From a virus (taxonomy: Duplodnaviria > Caudoviricetes), in the IMG/VR virus record IMGVR_UViG_3300017760_000007, positions 1 to 52,592 of that record: DNA of 52,592 nt. One strand, 5' to 3'. Within the stretch, counting starts at the first letter, position 1, and the number at the start of each line of letters is the position of its first letter. Below are positions 38,279 to 48,493 of the stretch, in pieces. The notes beneath the pieces were generated by a model. It made no database searches and was not told where the DNA came from. It was given only the letters and a program-made list of their open reading frames with translations. The position numbers and the translations under genes are program-made.

Positions 38279-41200
38279 TTATTCTGCTACCGAACCTTCT
38301 CGGCTCACTTGAGTAGCTTGTAACTGCTCGTCAGCTTCTGTAACTAAGTTATCTCCACTTGCCTGTACAGGGGTTCTGGTGACAACCTCGAATGTTAATC
38401 CGGCTAGTGTACCAGAAGTTGTAAACACAATTTCATCCGATTCTGTTACCAATGTCAAGCTAGTTGGTGAAACCTGTGATAACTTATAAATCTTAGGTAG
38501 CGGAGCCAATGAATCATCAGTTGCAAACTCTTCTAATGGTAAGTTACCAACTCCAGTATTATTACCACTAACTCTAATTAAAGTCCCTATTGTGAGACTA
38601 CCAAAACCAGACCCAGAGAGTATACCAATACTATTAATAGTCGTAACTGTACCGGGCATAGCACTGTAAGTTTCTGAATATGTACCACTACCACCTTCTG
38701 TTACCAAGTCAATTCTATCAACATCAAAGAATACTATCTCTGAACTTAAATTAGTTTCAACTCTATTTACACTATTTATCAAAGGCGTACTAAACAGTTT
38801 TGTACCGGAAATACCAACAACATCGTCTACAAAACTTTTGTATATTTCTGGGCCGGTTGTCGCCTTAATATCATATGAATATTCTTGATAGTAATCGTTG
38901 TCATGTATTATGGCTGACGAATCGTTCAAGAATGATGATTTAGTTTTCCATCTACCCAAAGTGTTTCCCTGTCCAAATGACTCAATACTTGCTGTGGCAA
39001 CTTCTTGATCAAAGTTGGGGCTTTCTGTATTTTTATTTACGATATCAACAGTCGCACCTGTTACATACTTATACCCTGTGTGAGTTATAGCGACCTCTTC
39101 GATCTGACCAGAAGCATACGAGGCATTACCTCTAACTATAGCATTTGCTCCCATTGGTTGAGATTCTTGATCTTGTTTCAAACTTGTTATTGTCCTATCA
39201 ATAGATCGAATCGTAATAGTTTCATTATCATCAAATGTGTAAAAACTCATTGGTCTAAAGTAAAAGTCTTTGCCGTCTTGTTTTAAGAATTTTGCTCTAA
39301 CTGTATACTCTCTTGGAGCAACAGAGAATGTGGTTACGCTATTGCCATACGGAGTATCTACTCCCAGTGAATCAATCGAAGTACCGATAGTAGCTAAACT
39401 TGCCGCAGAAATGTTATTGACTTCATCTATTTGTTCAGTTGGTAAAATAATTTCTTGCGTTATGATCTCATCTTTTTCTAATTTGAACCCAGAGTTATCA
39501 AAGTTCAATATAATATCTTTTTTATTCAAAGACTCTATCAATTTATTTACAACTCTAACACCAACATCATTTTGATAATTTATACCCGGGTTATTCTCAA
39601 CGAGAGTCTCTAAACTTCCTATTCTGAACGTAACTGAGCCAAAAGCATTTCCCAATAAAGTGTTGATATTTTCTACGTCGGCAACACCCAACATATCATA
39701 GTTACCATCAGCATATGGACTATTGACATCAAAAAGGCCTGCGCTTTGTGGATCGAGAATCTCTCTATAATAGTCACCAATCTTATCTCTTGATAATGTA
39801 ACAATCTCTGCATCGTCAATAGAATCTAATTCAAACGAAGAAGATTCATTTAAAGAACTTATAGAAGAACATTTTACTACATTAGTGTGACTACCATTCA
39901 CAAAAGCATCGAATACGCCATTAGCAAGAACAGATTCTGGTGGAGTTCTGACTTCATTACCTTGATCTAATATTGGATTAACAAATACTCCACCAGTTGT
40001 CCAAACAGAAGTGCTAACCGATGCGTCATTATTATTAGTATCGGTTAATGTACCACTAACATTATTATAGTCAACACACACTCCAGTTTTACCCACAAGC
40101 GAGTATCCATCAGGTAAGGCTGTAGCAGTAAATGTAGTAACGTAATAAGTATGTACTGCCGCTATATCAAAAACAGCACCGTTTGTTCCTGGCGCAGATG
40201 GAATTGTAGCTGGCATAGTAATAGTATCACCCACTTGAGAGTCTGCTGATCCGCCCAACAAACTCCAATCAGTATTACCCAGTGTATGTATCATATAACT
40301 ACGACCAGGTTTCAACTCTGCATACTCACTCGAAATACTATGTATACCTAACCCACCATCAGTGAACGCACTAATATCAAATCCTAAATTAATCCAATCT
40401 GTATAAGTTGTGTTTCCAAAGTCTACTATACCATATAGTCTGCCAGGTACAAGGTCTTGCACGTTGGTAAAATAGCTATCGTATGCGCCGGGAGTCGATG
40501 CAGTTTCAAATGCAGTACCAACTGTCAACTTAGGAAGAATACCTTGTTGCACCAAGTAATGTAAGAGTAAAGCATATACTTGTTTTGCAGGAGTAAAGAT
40601 AGCATCATGGTTTTCAATAGAAGCAGTATTGTCATTAATCTGATCTAACAATTGACTGTTAAACAAAAAGTCTTCACCCGCATATCCTGCTCTAGCACCA
40701 ATTTTAACCCAGTCATCTGTACCTAATGTGGTGCCTGGATATATGACAGTATAGTATTGACCATTTTTTAGTTGATTCAGTGTTAAGTTAGGAAGGCCTG
40801 TAGCTTGTGTTGCCGGTATAAATGGAGAAATGGTTGGAGTTCTGTCTATAAGATCAGTCTCTTCTGAACCAGAGCCTTGCGCCCCGGAGTCTTCAAGTGG
40901 GTTTTGTTCAGTTCCTATCCAATCATCATTATCACCTGCTCCATCATAGAAACCATTATTAAGACCAAGCATATACGACTTTAATATTTTGATGTCAGCA
41001 TTTTGAACTCTCATTGACTTTCGAGTCAAATCGCCAAGATGATCACTATCCAATGTACCAGTAACTTCTGAGCCGGCTTGTGCAAATTCAGCAGTGATAG
41101 TATTGTTAACTGTATCTAGTGCTGTAATCTTTGCTCTATTACCAGTTGTACCACCTACTAATATCTCACCCAAAGCGAATGCGTTTGCTCCATTTTCTGG

Positions 41201-42790
41201 AACAGAGTATACACCATTGCTAACACCAGTAACAACAACAGTATCGTTATCAGCTTCTGATGTGAGAGTTTCGCCTGTTTCAAATACTTTTACTGTAAGT
41301 CTTTTGTTGGGGACGTCAATAGCTACTATATTTGCTCTACCAGAAAAGGCACCGCTAGATACAACCGTTTCGCCAATCTCAAAATATTCAACTACATTAT
41401 CATCTGTTAATGTTAAGACATGATGGTTTGTGCCTGTACCACTTGATACACTACTTGATAATGAGTTCTGACCAGTAAAGTTACCCAGAATACCACCATT
41501 CTCTGACGACTCAGTAATAACTTTCATCAATTCAACATCATCGACATCATAGATCGGGTTAGTAATACTACCCTTTCTTTCTGTTTTATATGCATTGTAG
41601 AAAGAGTCATATAATTTGTTTCTGTATGCGGTGCCCTGTACATATGTGTCAGATAAAAACTCAAATAACTCAGACTTATTTTTCTCAGTATTTAAGAATA
41701 CAAGAGGGTGTTGATATGATGTAACAATGCCCGCACCAGTTAATCCATATCTTACTTTCTTACGACCATCACCATTGTCTTCTTCTATGCCTGCGTAATC
41801 AAGGGTAGAGCCTGGAAAAATAAACGAGTCTCCTGGGTTGATGTCTTGAACTTCAGTTCCCTCAAGAATAACTACTTGATTACTAATTTTTATAGTCTGC
41901 TCATCAGCAAATTGTGCTTGCGATCCACCAACTCTAATTGACGATGGATCAATATATCCAAATCCACCATCTTCAATAGTGTACTCTATAGTACCAATTT
42001 GTTCTGTAGATACTCTAGTTACAACACCCTTAGCACCAACTCCATTCTCTCTTGATTTTATTTGTACTGGGTCTCCTACAGCCTGACCCGGCACTCTTAA
42101 TCTTGCATCTATCGAAATATTCGTTAAAGAGCCAGCAATTACTTTACCAACATTCTTTAGAAACTCATTACCATTCTCATCAGCACCACGAACTTCTAAT
42201 GAATCTTCAGCAGTAAATGTTCCTCTCTGTTGTGAAAGATACATGATGGGGGTGAGTGATCCGCCAAAGTTTACAAATACAATACCATCAACAAATGCTT
42301 GGGCTTTTGAAAGATCACCAATAATTGTATTACCACGTTGTATTGGATATTCTAATACGTCATATACACTCATCATCTCAATAAAAGATTCGCCACCCCA
42401 TACAGAGTCAGATGATTTTAAGATGTGACCACCAGGGTAAAAGATTTCAATATCTTCATCAAAGAATGTCTTGAACAATAATTCAAGAGACTCTTTAGTA
42501 CCCTTTCTTGTGTATAGATTAGTAATATGTTTTAGAACAAAACGAATGTCCATAGCGGGTTGAGTTGCAAGTGGTAGACCCGCCATGTGTTTATTTCTAT
42601 AATGAATAAGGAAAGCAGATAACGTACTATCAATGTCTCTTATTTTTGGAAGATCACGATCTAGCTTACTATCAAGATGCTCATAGTATGCCTCGATGAA
42701 TCCAACAAGGAAGTCGCTATTGTCTTGATAGACAGCCGGAAACTGACTTGCAACATCAGTGTGAATACTGTCCCTTATTTCAATTGCCAT
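38279..42790 (-). CDS. gp7: Baseplate wedge initiator gp7-like (expanded)
   Basis: Lies after gp6. QFPAVY..FIEAYYE, LYTRKGTKES..LF..FF, and C-terminal IHDNDYYQEYSY. Confidence 0.75.
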   Translation of the reverse strand: MAIEIRDSIHTDVASQFPAVYQDNSDFLVGFIEAYYEHLDSKLDRDLPKIRDIDSTLSAFLIHYRNKHMAGLPLATQPAMDIRFVLKHITNLYTRKGTKESLELLFKTFFDEDIEIFYPGGHILKSSDSVWGGESFIEMMSVYDVLEYPIQRGNTIIGDLSKAQAFVDGIVFVNFGGSLTPIMYLSQQRGTFTAEDSLEVRGADENGNEFLKNVGKVIAGSLTNISIDARLRVPGQAVGDPVQIKSRENGVGAKGVVTRVSTEQIGTIEYTIEDGGFGYIDPSSIRVGGSQAQFADEQTIKISNQVVILEGTEVQDINPGDSFIFPGSTLDYAGIEEDNGDGRKKVRYGLTGAGIVTSYQHPLVFLNTEKNKSELFEFLSDTYVQGTAYRNKLYDSFYNAYKTERKGSITNPIYDVDDVELMKVITESSENGGILGNFTGQNSLSSSVSSGTGTNHHVLTLTDDNVVEYFEIGETVVSSGAFSGRANIVAIDVPNKRLTVKVFETGETLTSEADNDTVVVTGVSNGVYSVPENGANAFALGEILVGGTTGNRAKITALDTVNNTITAEFAQAGSEVTGTLDSDHLGDLTRKSMRVQNADIKILKSYMLGLNNGFYDGAGDNDDWIGTEQNPLEDSGAQGSGSEETDLIDRTPTISPFIPATQATGLPNLTLNQLKNGQYYTVIYPGTTLGTDDWVKIGARAGYAGEDFLFNSQLLDQINDNTASIENHDAIFTPAKQVYALLLHYLVQQGILPKLTVGTAFETASTPGAYDSYFTNVQDLVPGRLYGIVDFGNTTYTDWINLGFDISAFTDGGLGIHSISSEYAELKPGRSYMIHTLGNTDWSLLGGSADSQVGDTITMPATIPSAPGTNGAVFDIAAVHTYYVTTFTATALPDGYSLVGKTGVCVDYNNVSGTLTDTNNNDASVSTSVWTTGGVFVNPILDQGNEVRTPPESVLANGVFDAFVNGSHTNVVKCSSISSLNESSSFELDSIDDAEIVTLSRDKIGDYYREILDPQSAGLFDVNSPYADGNYDMLGVADVENINTLLGNAFGSVTFRIGSLETLVENNPGINYQNDVGVRVVNKLIESLNKKDIILNFDNSGFKLEKDEIITQEIILPTEQIDEVNNISAASLATIGTSIDSLGVDTPYGNSVTTFSVAPREYTVRAKFLKQDGKDFYFRPMSFYTFDDNETITIRSIDRTITSLKQDQESQPMGANAIVRGNASYASGQIEEVAITHTGYKYVTGATVDIVNKNTESPNFDQEVATASIESFGQGNTLGRWKTKSSFLNDSSAIIHDNDYYQEYSYDIKATTGPEIYKSFVDDVVGISGTKLFSTPLINSVNRVETNLSSEIVFFDVDRIDLVTEGGSGTYSETYSAMPGTVTTINSIGILSGSGFGSLTIGTLIRVSGNNTGVGNLPLEEFATDDSLAPLPKIYKLSQVSPTSLTLVTESDEIVFTTSGTLAGLTFEVVTRTPVQASGDNLVTEADEQLQATQVSREGSVAE

Positions 42791-42793
42791 ATA

Positions 42794-44554
42794 TTATGAT
42801 TCCAATGGTGTTACGGTTACAGTGACATCTTCACCACGAACTACTATCACTCTATCTTTAGGTGGAACAATATCTTTGGTTTGTGTATTGGCAGTAAACT
42901 TAATTTCACTGTTTACAAAAGACTCGACATTCAAGTCACTAAACTTAACAGAGCCTGTTGCATAATCAACAGTACCAACAGACGGCTTAAATACTGACTC
43001 TTCATCACCACCAAATGTCACTAGCATCAGATTGCCATTACCATCGTCTTGTACTGTTACAAGTTGACTACTTACAGTAAATGCTGTTGACGATATTGCG
43101 GGCTTATAAGTTTCAAACCCTCTTGTCGCATCAAATCCATAAGGCTGAACTAATTGTGTTTCAAATGAGAACGCAGGTGATCTTGATACGCCTAAGTCTG
43201 GAACATACTCAATGATTGGTTTAGCAAGAATATCAGTAGATATAATAGATACATCAGTAGCATCAAGAGTTGCCGCAAGTCGTGATTGTCTAAACGTCTT
43301 ATTAAAGTCATTTAGATTCTTATCTTGATAGTCAATCACAGCCGCATTAATTTCTGTTTGAATCTGTGAAGCAGACTTACTTGTCATATTAGGATCGTAA
43401 GTCACATTAATATTTGTATTCACAAACATGAACTTCGCAGGCACAAAGATAGGCTCAATTGTTAATGGAGTCTTATCAGATAGATAGCGTTGAAAGTTTG
43501 CAATCTCATAGTCAGCAACACCTTCACCACCAATTACATCTACAGAGATAATGACCTTACCAAACTGTGGGGGTGTTACCTCGTCTCCACCATATACACT
43601 AATTGCTTGAATGTTAGGAAAACGAGAACGCAATAGAGTCTCATAGTCTCTTCTTGTAATTGCTCTCTCTTGTATCTGAGCCGCCTTTGGCGCAAAAGTA
43701 CGAATTGATTCAATGTCTTCCGCTTCTCTTCCGCCCGAAGACTGTGCAGTTACTACCACGCTGATTGAACTTGCGCCAGCAAAAGCGCCCAAAGTCAAAG
43801 AAGTCACACCATTAGCGGAAGCGCCAGACGCTACTCTATAGGTCGCTACAATAGTATCAGTGATTGTTGGTTGAGTCCCAAAACGATCTTCACCAAACTG
43901 TATAGAATACTTACCATCGTTCTCGGGCTGTAAATAGAATACTTTATCTCTTTCACCAGTACCATAGATATCGCTTCTATATGTGAATGACTCACCATTT
44001 ACAACCACTCGTAGGCTTCGTGTGTCTATTCCTGCATTTGATAGTAGTGTATCAGAGATAGTAAGAGTCTCATTTATAATACGCCCTTCATATATGTCTA
44101 CATCATTGACAGTAAAGAGAGAATCATTAGTACTTGATCTTACAGCACTATATGCCTGATCTGTAAGGAAGTTATATGTCTTATTACCACATCGACCAAT
44201 AAATGCTGTGCCTTCTGGAATAGAGAAATAGTTGCTATCACTATTAGGATATGTTACACTTACGTTTACCTTTGCGGCTGAACTACGTCTACTAGTAGGA
44301 AGATAGTTTAACTCTTTGGCATGAGAGATAACACTATTACGCTGTGTAGCACTATCCAGAAACATCTCAGATATCGCCATATTATAGTAATATGTGTTAT
44401 AGAATGTATTATATGATAGTACATCTAGTAGTACATTCATGTTAGAGCCTTCGTAATCGAAGTCTTTGAATCTGTCTTGATTCTTTAGAAACGTCTTGAG
44501 TTCTTCTTTGGTAGCAAAGAAATCAGGCGTTGTTACTGGTGATATATCTGTCAT
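42794..44554 (-). CDS. gp6: Baseplate wedge subunit gp6
   Basis: FKDFDYEGSNMNVLLDVLSYNT, EMFLDSATQRNSVISHAKELNY, QERAITRRDYE, GTVDYATG. Confidence 0.95.
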   Translation of the reverse strand: MTDISPVTTPDFFATKEELKTFLKNQDRFKDFDYEGSNMNVLLDVLSYNTFYNTYYYNMAISEMFLDSATQRNSVISHAKELNYLPTSRRSSAAKVNVSVTYPNSDSNYFSIPEGTAFIGRCGNKTYNFLTDQAYSAVRSSTNDSLFTVNDVDIYEGRIINETLTISDTLLSNAGIDTRSLRVVVNGESFTYRSDIYGTGERDKVFYLQPENDGKYSIQFGEDRFGTQPTITDTIVATYRVASGASANGVTSLTLGAFAGASSISVVVTAQSSGGREAEDIESIRTFAPKAAQIQERAITRRDYETLLRSRFPNIQAISVYGGDEVTPPQFGKVIISVDVIGGEGVADYEIANFQRYLSDKTPLTIEPIFVPAKFMFVNTNINVTYDPNMTSKSASQIQTEINAAVIDYQDKNLNDFNKTFRQSRLAATLDATDVSIISTDILAKPIIEYVPDLGVSRSPAFSFETQLVQPYGFDATRGFETYKPAISSTAFTVSSQLVTVQDDGNGNLMLVTFGGDEESVFKPSVGTVDYATGSVKFSDLNVESFVNSEIKFTANTQTKDIVPPKDRVIVVRGEDVTVTVTPLES

Positions 44555-44962
44555 TTATCTTACCCTACTAAGATCGATTGTGAGTGATAGATTTCTGTTA
44601 GTATTTATTACACTGAATATAATCTTTACAAACACTTCATGTCGATCTATATTAGCGTTTACTATAATGTCTTTTACAATACATCGAGGCTCGTATTGTC
44701 TTATTGTAGACTTGATGTTTTCTTTTAATATAAGAATGGTATTCTGATCTATATTCTCGAAGAGACTACCTCTTATATCACAACCAATGTCGGGCTGAAA
44801 GAGTCTTTCTCCACGATCAGTTAATACTAAATTGCGTATACTATCTCGTACTGCTTGCTCATTTACTCTACGAGCAATGTCTTCACGCCCAGGAATACGC
44901 TCTAGATTCGATTCAAAGTCTGAAAAGAAATCTTTATTTCGTGTTATTGGTGTTAGTGCCAT
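44555..44962 (-). CDS. gp25: Baseplate wedge subunit gp25
   Basis: AVRDSIRNLVLT..GERLFQPDIG..LFEN, YEPR. 135 aa. Confidence 0.95.
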   Translation of the reverse strand: MALTPITRNKDFFSDFESNLERIPGREDIARRVNEQAVRDSIRNLVLTDRGERLFQPDIGCDIRGSLFENIDQNTILILKENIKSTIRQYEPRCIVKDIIVNANIDRHEVFVKIIFSVINTNRNLSLTIDLSRVR

Positions 44963-44987
44963 GTCGTCTTCCTATAGTCGTATTATA

Positions 44988-44995
44988 TATTTATG
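44988..44995 (-). promoter_or_regulatory. Probable late promoter variant (CATAAATA) upstream of gp25
   Basis: One mismatch to TATAAATA, about 25 nt upstream of the gp25 ATG. Confidence 0.55.
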
Positions 44996-45000
44996 CGTTA

Positions 45001-46890
45001 CTACGAGCGTTTTTTCCTAAAGCCATCTATTTCATGCTTATCTAATATGGCTTGTATGTCTTCATAATCTTGTCCACGATCTTCAAAGCCCTTCTGAAAT
45101 CCTCTACGGGCACCTAGATCAAGATGTATAAACTGTGGATTTACACCAATACCAGTAAAGCCTACTTGACTAGCCGCTACAATAAGGTCTTGTCGATTAA
45201 ACTCATCTGCTGAAATATCTACTGCCCATCCAGTATTATGCATAGTCACATTCATTGCGCCTTTAGTATCACCAATAGTTTCCATGATAAGGCGAGGAGA
45301 AGTGCCTGCTACGATATCAAAGTCCTCGTCTGCTTGCTCTGACATACGAATAACTCTGGCTAATACAAGTGGATTAGTATCTCGTATTTCATCTACTTCT
45401 TTGCCACCAAACATTGCGATTCTATCAGAATAACCAATACGCTCAGTAAGTCGAGTAGTGCCAACAAAACCATTTGAAAGGGCATCCATTATAATCTGTT
45501 GTTCTTCAGGTGTTTCTTTTCGCTCAGTTATTATATCTGCTTCTCGTTCAACAGGCTTAATCTCTTTTTGCTTCTTCTGCTCTTTTACTATCTCTTTAGA
45601 TTTCTCTATAACCTTTTCTTTCTTCTCTACTTTTACTTTCTCTTCTACTCGTATAGCACCGGCTTTAACTGCTTTCTGTGTAGTCTGTGCCTCTTGTGAT
45701 TTAAGTACTGTGACTTCAGCGGCAATACTATTTGCTGTACGATTTAGCTTCTGAGCAGGTGCCATAAGTTGACCTTGAAGGTCTTGTGCTTTCTGGCACA
45801 TTTTAAACATAAGATTAGAGACTGCTTCTGGAGTAAGTCTTTCAAATGAACTTGCTAGATTTGCTACAACTCCTTCAATGTCTTTAACGATATTACCAGT
45901 ATTTGCTTCACTCATAGCTTCAGTTATATTAGATACTTCCTTTGATATCTTTTTCATTACAGTACTAGCGGCATCACCAAGTCCTTTTATCGCAAGTAAT
46001 GTACCCCCAACAGCGGCTAAAGCAATGTTCTTAGCGGCTTCAAGTGCTTTCTTTACTACATTCTCTATAACACCAACAAGTGTTTCAAGTGTGGCACGTT
46101 GCTTCATTTGCTCTAATAGCTTCTTAGGGTCTTTCTCTAGTATATTAGTTACGTCTTGAACAAGTACTTTAGTATTATCAATAACAGCAAATGCCTTTGT
46201 TATCTTACTACTGACATCGTTAAATGCAGAGCATAAGGCATCTGTTAGCTTTGATCCAATGTTATTAGCGAAGTTAAAGTCTAGATTTTTCAATAACTTA
46301 GCAAGCAGATCAGGCAGTATTTCAAGTTTAAATGGTATTCTTCCAGAGAGTAAACCCGTTAGATTAGACGCTCTTTGTATCTCAGCAAGCAAATCAGTGG
46401 GTGGTTTTGTACTAATTTTACTACCACCAACAGGCGTACTTGCTCCAGAACCAGTGTCAAATGTCGAAACAGTCGAAGATGGTGTGCTAATTGGCTGTCC
46501 AGTTATGTCAGAAATAACGCCTAAGTCAGCATTTGTTGCGGCTCCATTAGGTAAATTAGCGTTAAATTTGACTAGTTCATCCTTGAGTTCAGTCATATTT
46601 ACGCCATTCGAAACAGCAAATTCAGCTAAATCAGTGTATGTAATACCATCATCACTATCAAATTTTGCCTGTAGTGAGTCAAGTTCACTTAAATCCATGT
46701 TAGATAATATGTTGTTTAGGGCGTTAGTAGACACCACTACAGTGTTACGATCAAGCACATCAAGGCTATTTTGATTTGCTAGAATGTCTAAATCAATGAT
46801 AGCCTCTTGTAAAGCGGCTGCCGATTCAGTTAATATTTCACTTGCACCCTTGCTTGCTAATGGTGTTGTGTTGTCACATATCTGACTCAT
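45001..46890 (-). CDS. Coiled-coil protein with a C-terminal peptidase M15-like Zn cell-wall hydrolase
   Basis: C-terminal HNTGWAVDI (HxxxxxxD) and GFTGIGV..FIHLD. Long helical N-terminal region and a K/E-rich linker. TAATG-coupled to gp5. Confidence 0.75.
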   Translation of the reverse strand: MSQICDNTTPLASKGASEILTESAAALQEAIIDLDILANQNSLDVLDRNTVVVSTNALNNILSNMDLSELDSLQAKFDSDDGITYTDLAEFAVSNGVNMTELKDELVKFNANLPNGAATNADLGVISDITGQPISTPSSTVSTFDTGSGASTPVGGSKISTKPPTDLLAEIQRASNLTGLLSGRIPFKLEILPDLLAKLLKNLDFNFANNIGSKLTDALCSAFNDVSSKITKAFAVIDNTKVLVQDVTNILEKDPKKLLEQMKQRATLETLVGVIENVVKKALEAAKNIALAAVGGTLLAIKGLGDAASTVMKKISKEVSNITEAMSEANTGNIVKDIEGVVANLASSFERLTPEAVSNLMFKMCQKAQDLQGQLMAPAQKLNRTANSIAAEVTVLKSQEAQTTQKAVKAGAIRVEEKVKVEKKEKVIEKSKEIVKEQKKQKEIKPVEREADIITERKETPEEQQIIMDALSNGFVGTTRLTERIGYSDRIAMFGGKEVDEIRDTNPLVLARVIRMSEQADEDFDIVAGTSPRLIMETIGDTKGAMNVTMHNTGWAVDISADEFNRQDLIVAASQVGFTGIGVNPQFIHLDLGARRGFQKGFEDRGQDYEDIQAILDKHEIDGFRKKRS

Positions 46891-48407
46891 TACTCATCTC
46901 CAGTTGGCATTACGCCTGTAATATTTGGTCTAAGTCGTCTCACTACTGGTAAAACTTTTGCTTTACTTGCCGGCAATACGCCTGGTGAGACAACACTTAC
47001 CACTTCTGTCTCACTTACATACGAACTCTTGTTTGGTTTTTGCGTACTTCTAGCACCATCTGTAGTGCCAAATGTGCTATTAGAAGTGCTTGTTCCATCA
47101 CCATTTGCCATTTTAACGAAGTCATCTATACCAACTGTACCACCACCAGTACTGGCAATACCAATATCACCGGCTGATTTGATACCAATGACACCCCCAT
47201 TGAGGCTTAATGCAGTCGTTCCATCTGCTGATAAGTGCTTGGCATCAAGATGAAGTGTTGATAATGTATTGATTTCAATACCATGATGACCCGCATCTGC
47301 ATAAGGAACTGCCTGTTCCGACACTGCCGGCGTGCCGTTACTACTAATCTTAGTGTATGTTTCAGTGAATATGTTCGCCTTATACGAGTCTAAGTGCATA
47401 TCTCCATGTAGTGATTGTACATAGAAACCACCTTTTGTATCTTCAGTACCGGCTTTTATCTTGATATTTCCTACTGCACCCACGTTAATATCGTCTCCTG
47501 AGGCAAGTACAGAGATGCCATTTGCACTGACGTTCGTTTTTACCCCAGCATGAAGATTCATATTTGCCCGTGCTGTGACGTTAAAGTTCTCACATTCGAT
47601 GTCAAGATCACCATTAATATAGACCTTACCAGAGCCTGTTTCTACTTTCAGTGACCAATCTTCTTGTACATTTGTGTGTGAAGAACCTGTAACATAGGTT
47701 GACAAGACCCCATCAGTTGTGTTATACTGATCACCAAAGGACTTAACAAATATAGTGCCGTTCGGATCAATCTGAAACACGGAGCCCGAACTGTGGGACA
47801 TCAAAATGTAATCACTGGCTTCGCCTTCAGAGTTATCTCCCATCACAATAAAGTTATCGCCACTCTTAGAAGCAAAGACTCTATTATCAAAGTTATTCTC
47901 AGGCATAGCAATAGGTGGCTCATCAAACGTATCATCACTAAGTGCTTGTTTTATAAAAGATTCTTGAGACGCTCTCTGTATGAGTGTCTGCCCCTTGAGA
48001 ATGTCTTCACCCCCAATATAACGATGAAGTTCTGGCTTACCATAGTTGTGTATTGCTTCTGGTGGTAGATAACCATCTTCACCTGCTTCACCAGACTGCC
48101 CTGGTACGTTAAGATGCTGACCTGGTAATCTTCCCATAATCATAGGCTGTTGTGCTTCTGCTCCATCAATAAAGAAACCAAATACCCAATCACCTACGCT
48201 GGGAATAACTGGCGCAACACCATAAGAACCATCTAGTACAGTTGCCCAAGGCAAATCTTGTGTTGGAACACTATCTTCAATATCTTCACTAATACGAGGC
48301 GGATGTATACCAAAGGCACGAACACGAACTCGCCCGGCATTTGTCTTATCATAGATGTCTTCTACAACACCTACGAAATGCATCATATTATTAAATCCAC
48401 CGCTCAT
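46890..48407 (-). CDS. gp5: Baseplate central spike gp5 (OB-fold plus beta-helix, no lysozyme domain)
   Basis: FVGVVED..GRVRVRAFGIHP..LPWA..GDWVFGFFIDG..QQP, then H.SGS..QIDPNG and beta-helix repeats. GAGG RBS; start at ATG 48407 (or GTG 48410). Confidence 0.9.
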   Translation of the reverse strand: MSGGFNNMMHFVGVVEDIYDKTNAGRVRVRAFGIHPPRISEDIEDSVPTQDLPWATVLDGSYGVAPVIPSVGDWVFGFFIDGAEAQQPMIMGRLPGQHLNVPGQSGEAGEDGYLPPEAIHNYGKPELHRYIGGEDILKGQTLIQRASQESFIKQALSDDTFDEPPIAMPENNFDNRVFASKSGDNFIVMGDNSEGEASDYILMSHSSGSVFQIDPNGTIFVKSFGDQYNTTDGVLSTYVTGSSHTNVQEDWSLKVETGSGKVYINGDLDIECENFNVTARANMNLHAGVKTNVSANGISVLASGDDINVGAVGNIKIKAGTEDTKGGFYVQSLHGDMHLDSYKANIFTETYTKISSNGTPAVSEQAVPYADAGHHGIEINTLSTLHLDAKHLSADGTTALSLNGGVIGIKSAGDIGIASTGGGTVGIDDFVKMANGDGTSTSNSTFGTTDGARSTQKPNKSSYVSETEVVSVVSPGVLPASKAKVLPVVRRLRPNITGVMPTGDE

Positions 48408-48493
48408 CACTTATCCTCTAGTACACAATAGATACTATAACCTATTGATATTATTAAACATAATCCAAGAAAGTCGTTCCAAATCAAATCCAT
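48407..48493 (-). CDS. Unannotated 28-aa hydrophobic peptide MDLIWNDFLGLCLIISIGYSIYCVLEDK
   Basis: Fills the gap exactly: its ATG overlaps the hub stop (TAATG) and its TGA overlaps the gp5 ATG (TGATG). One TM-like segment. Confidence 0.65.
   Translation of the reverse strand: MDLIWNDFLGLCLIISIGYSIYCVLEDK

Noticed and set aside
45560-45650. Pyrimidine-rich low-complexity tract
   Set aside because: Explained by the K/E-rich linker encoded on the minus strand.
46259-46774. 171-aa + strand ORF and the other short antisense ORFs in the track
   Set aside because: These are shadow ORFs opposite long, well-supported genes and have no recognisable motifs.
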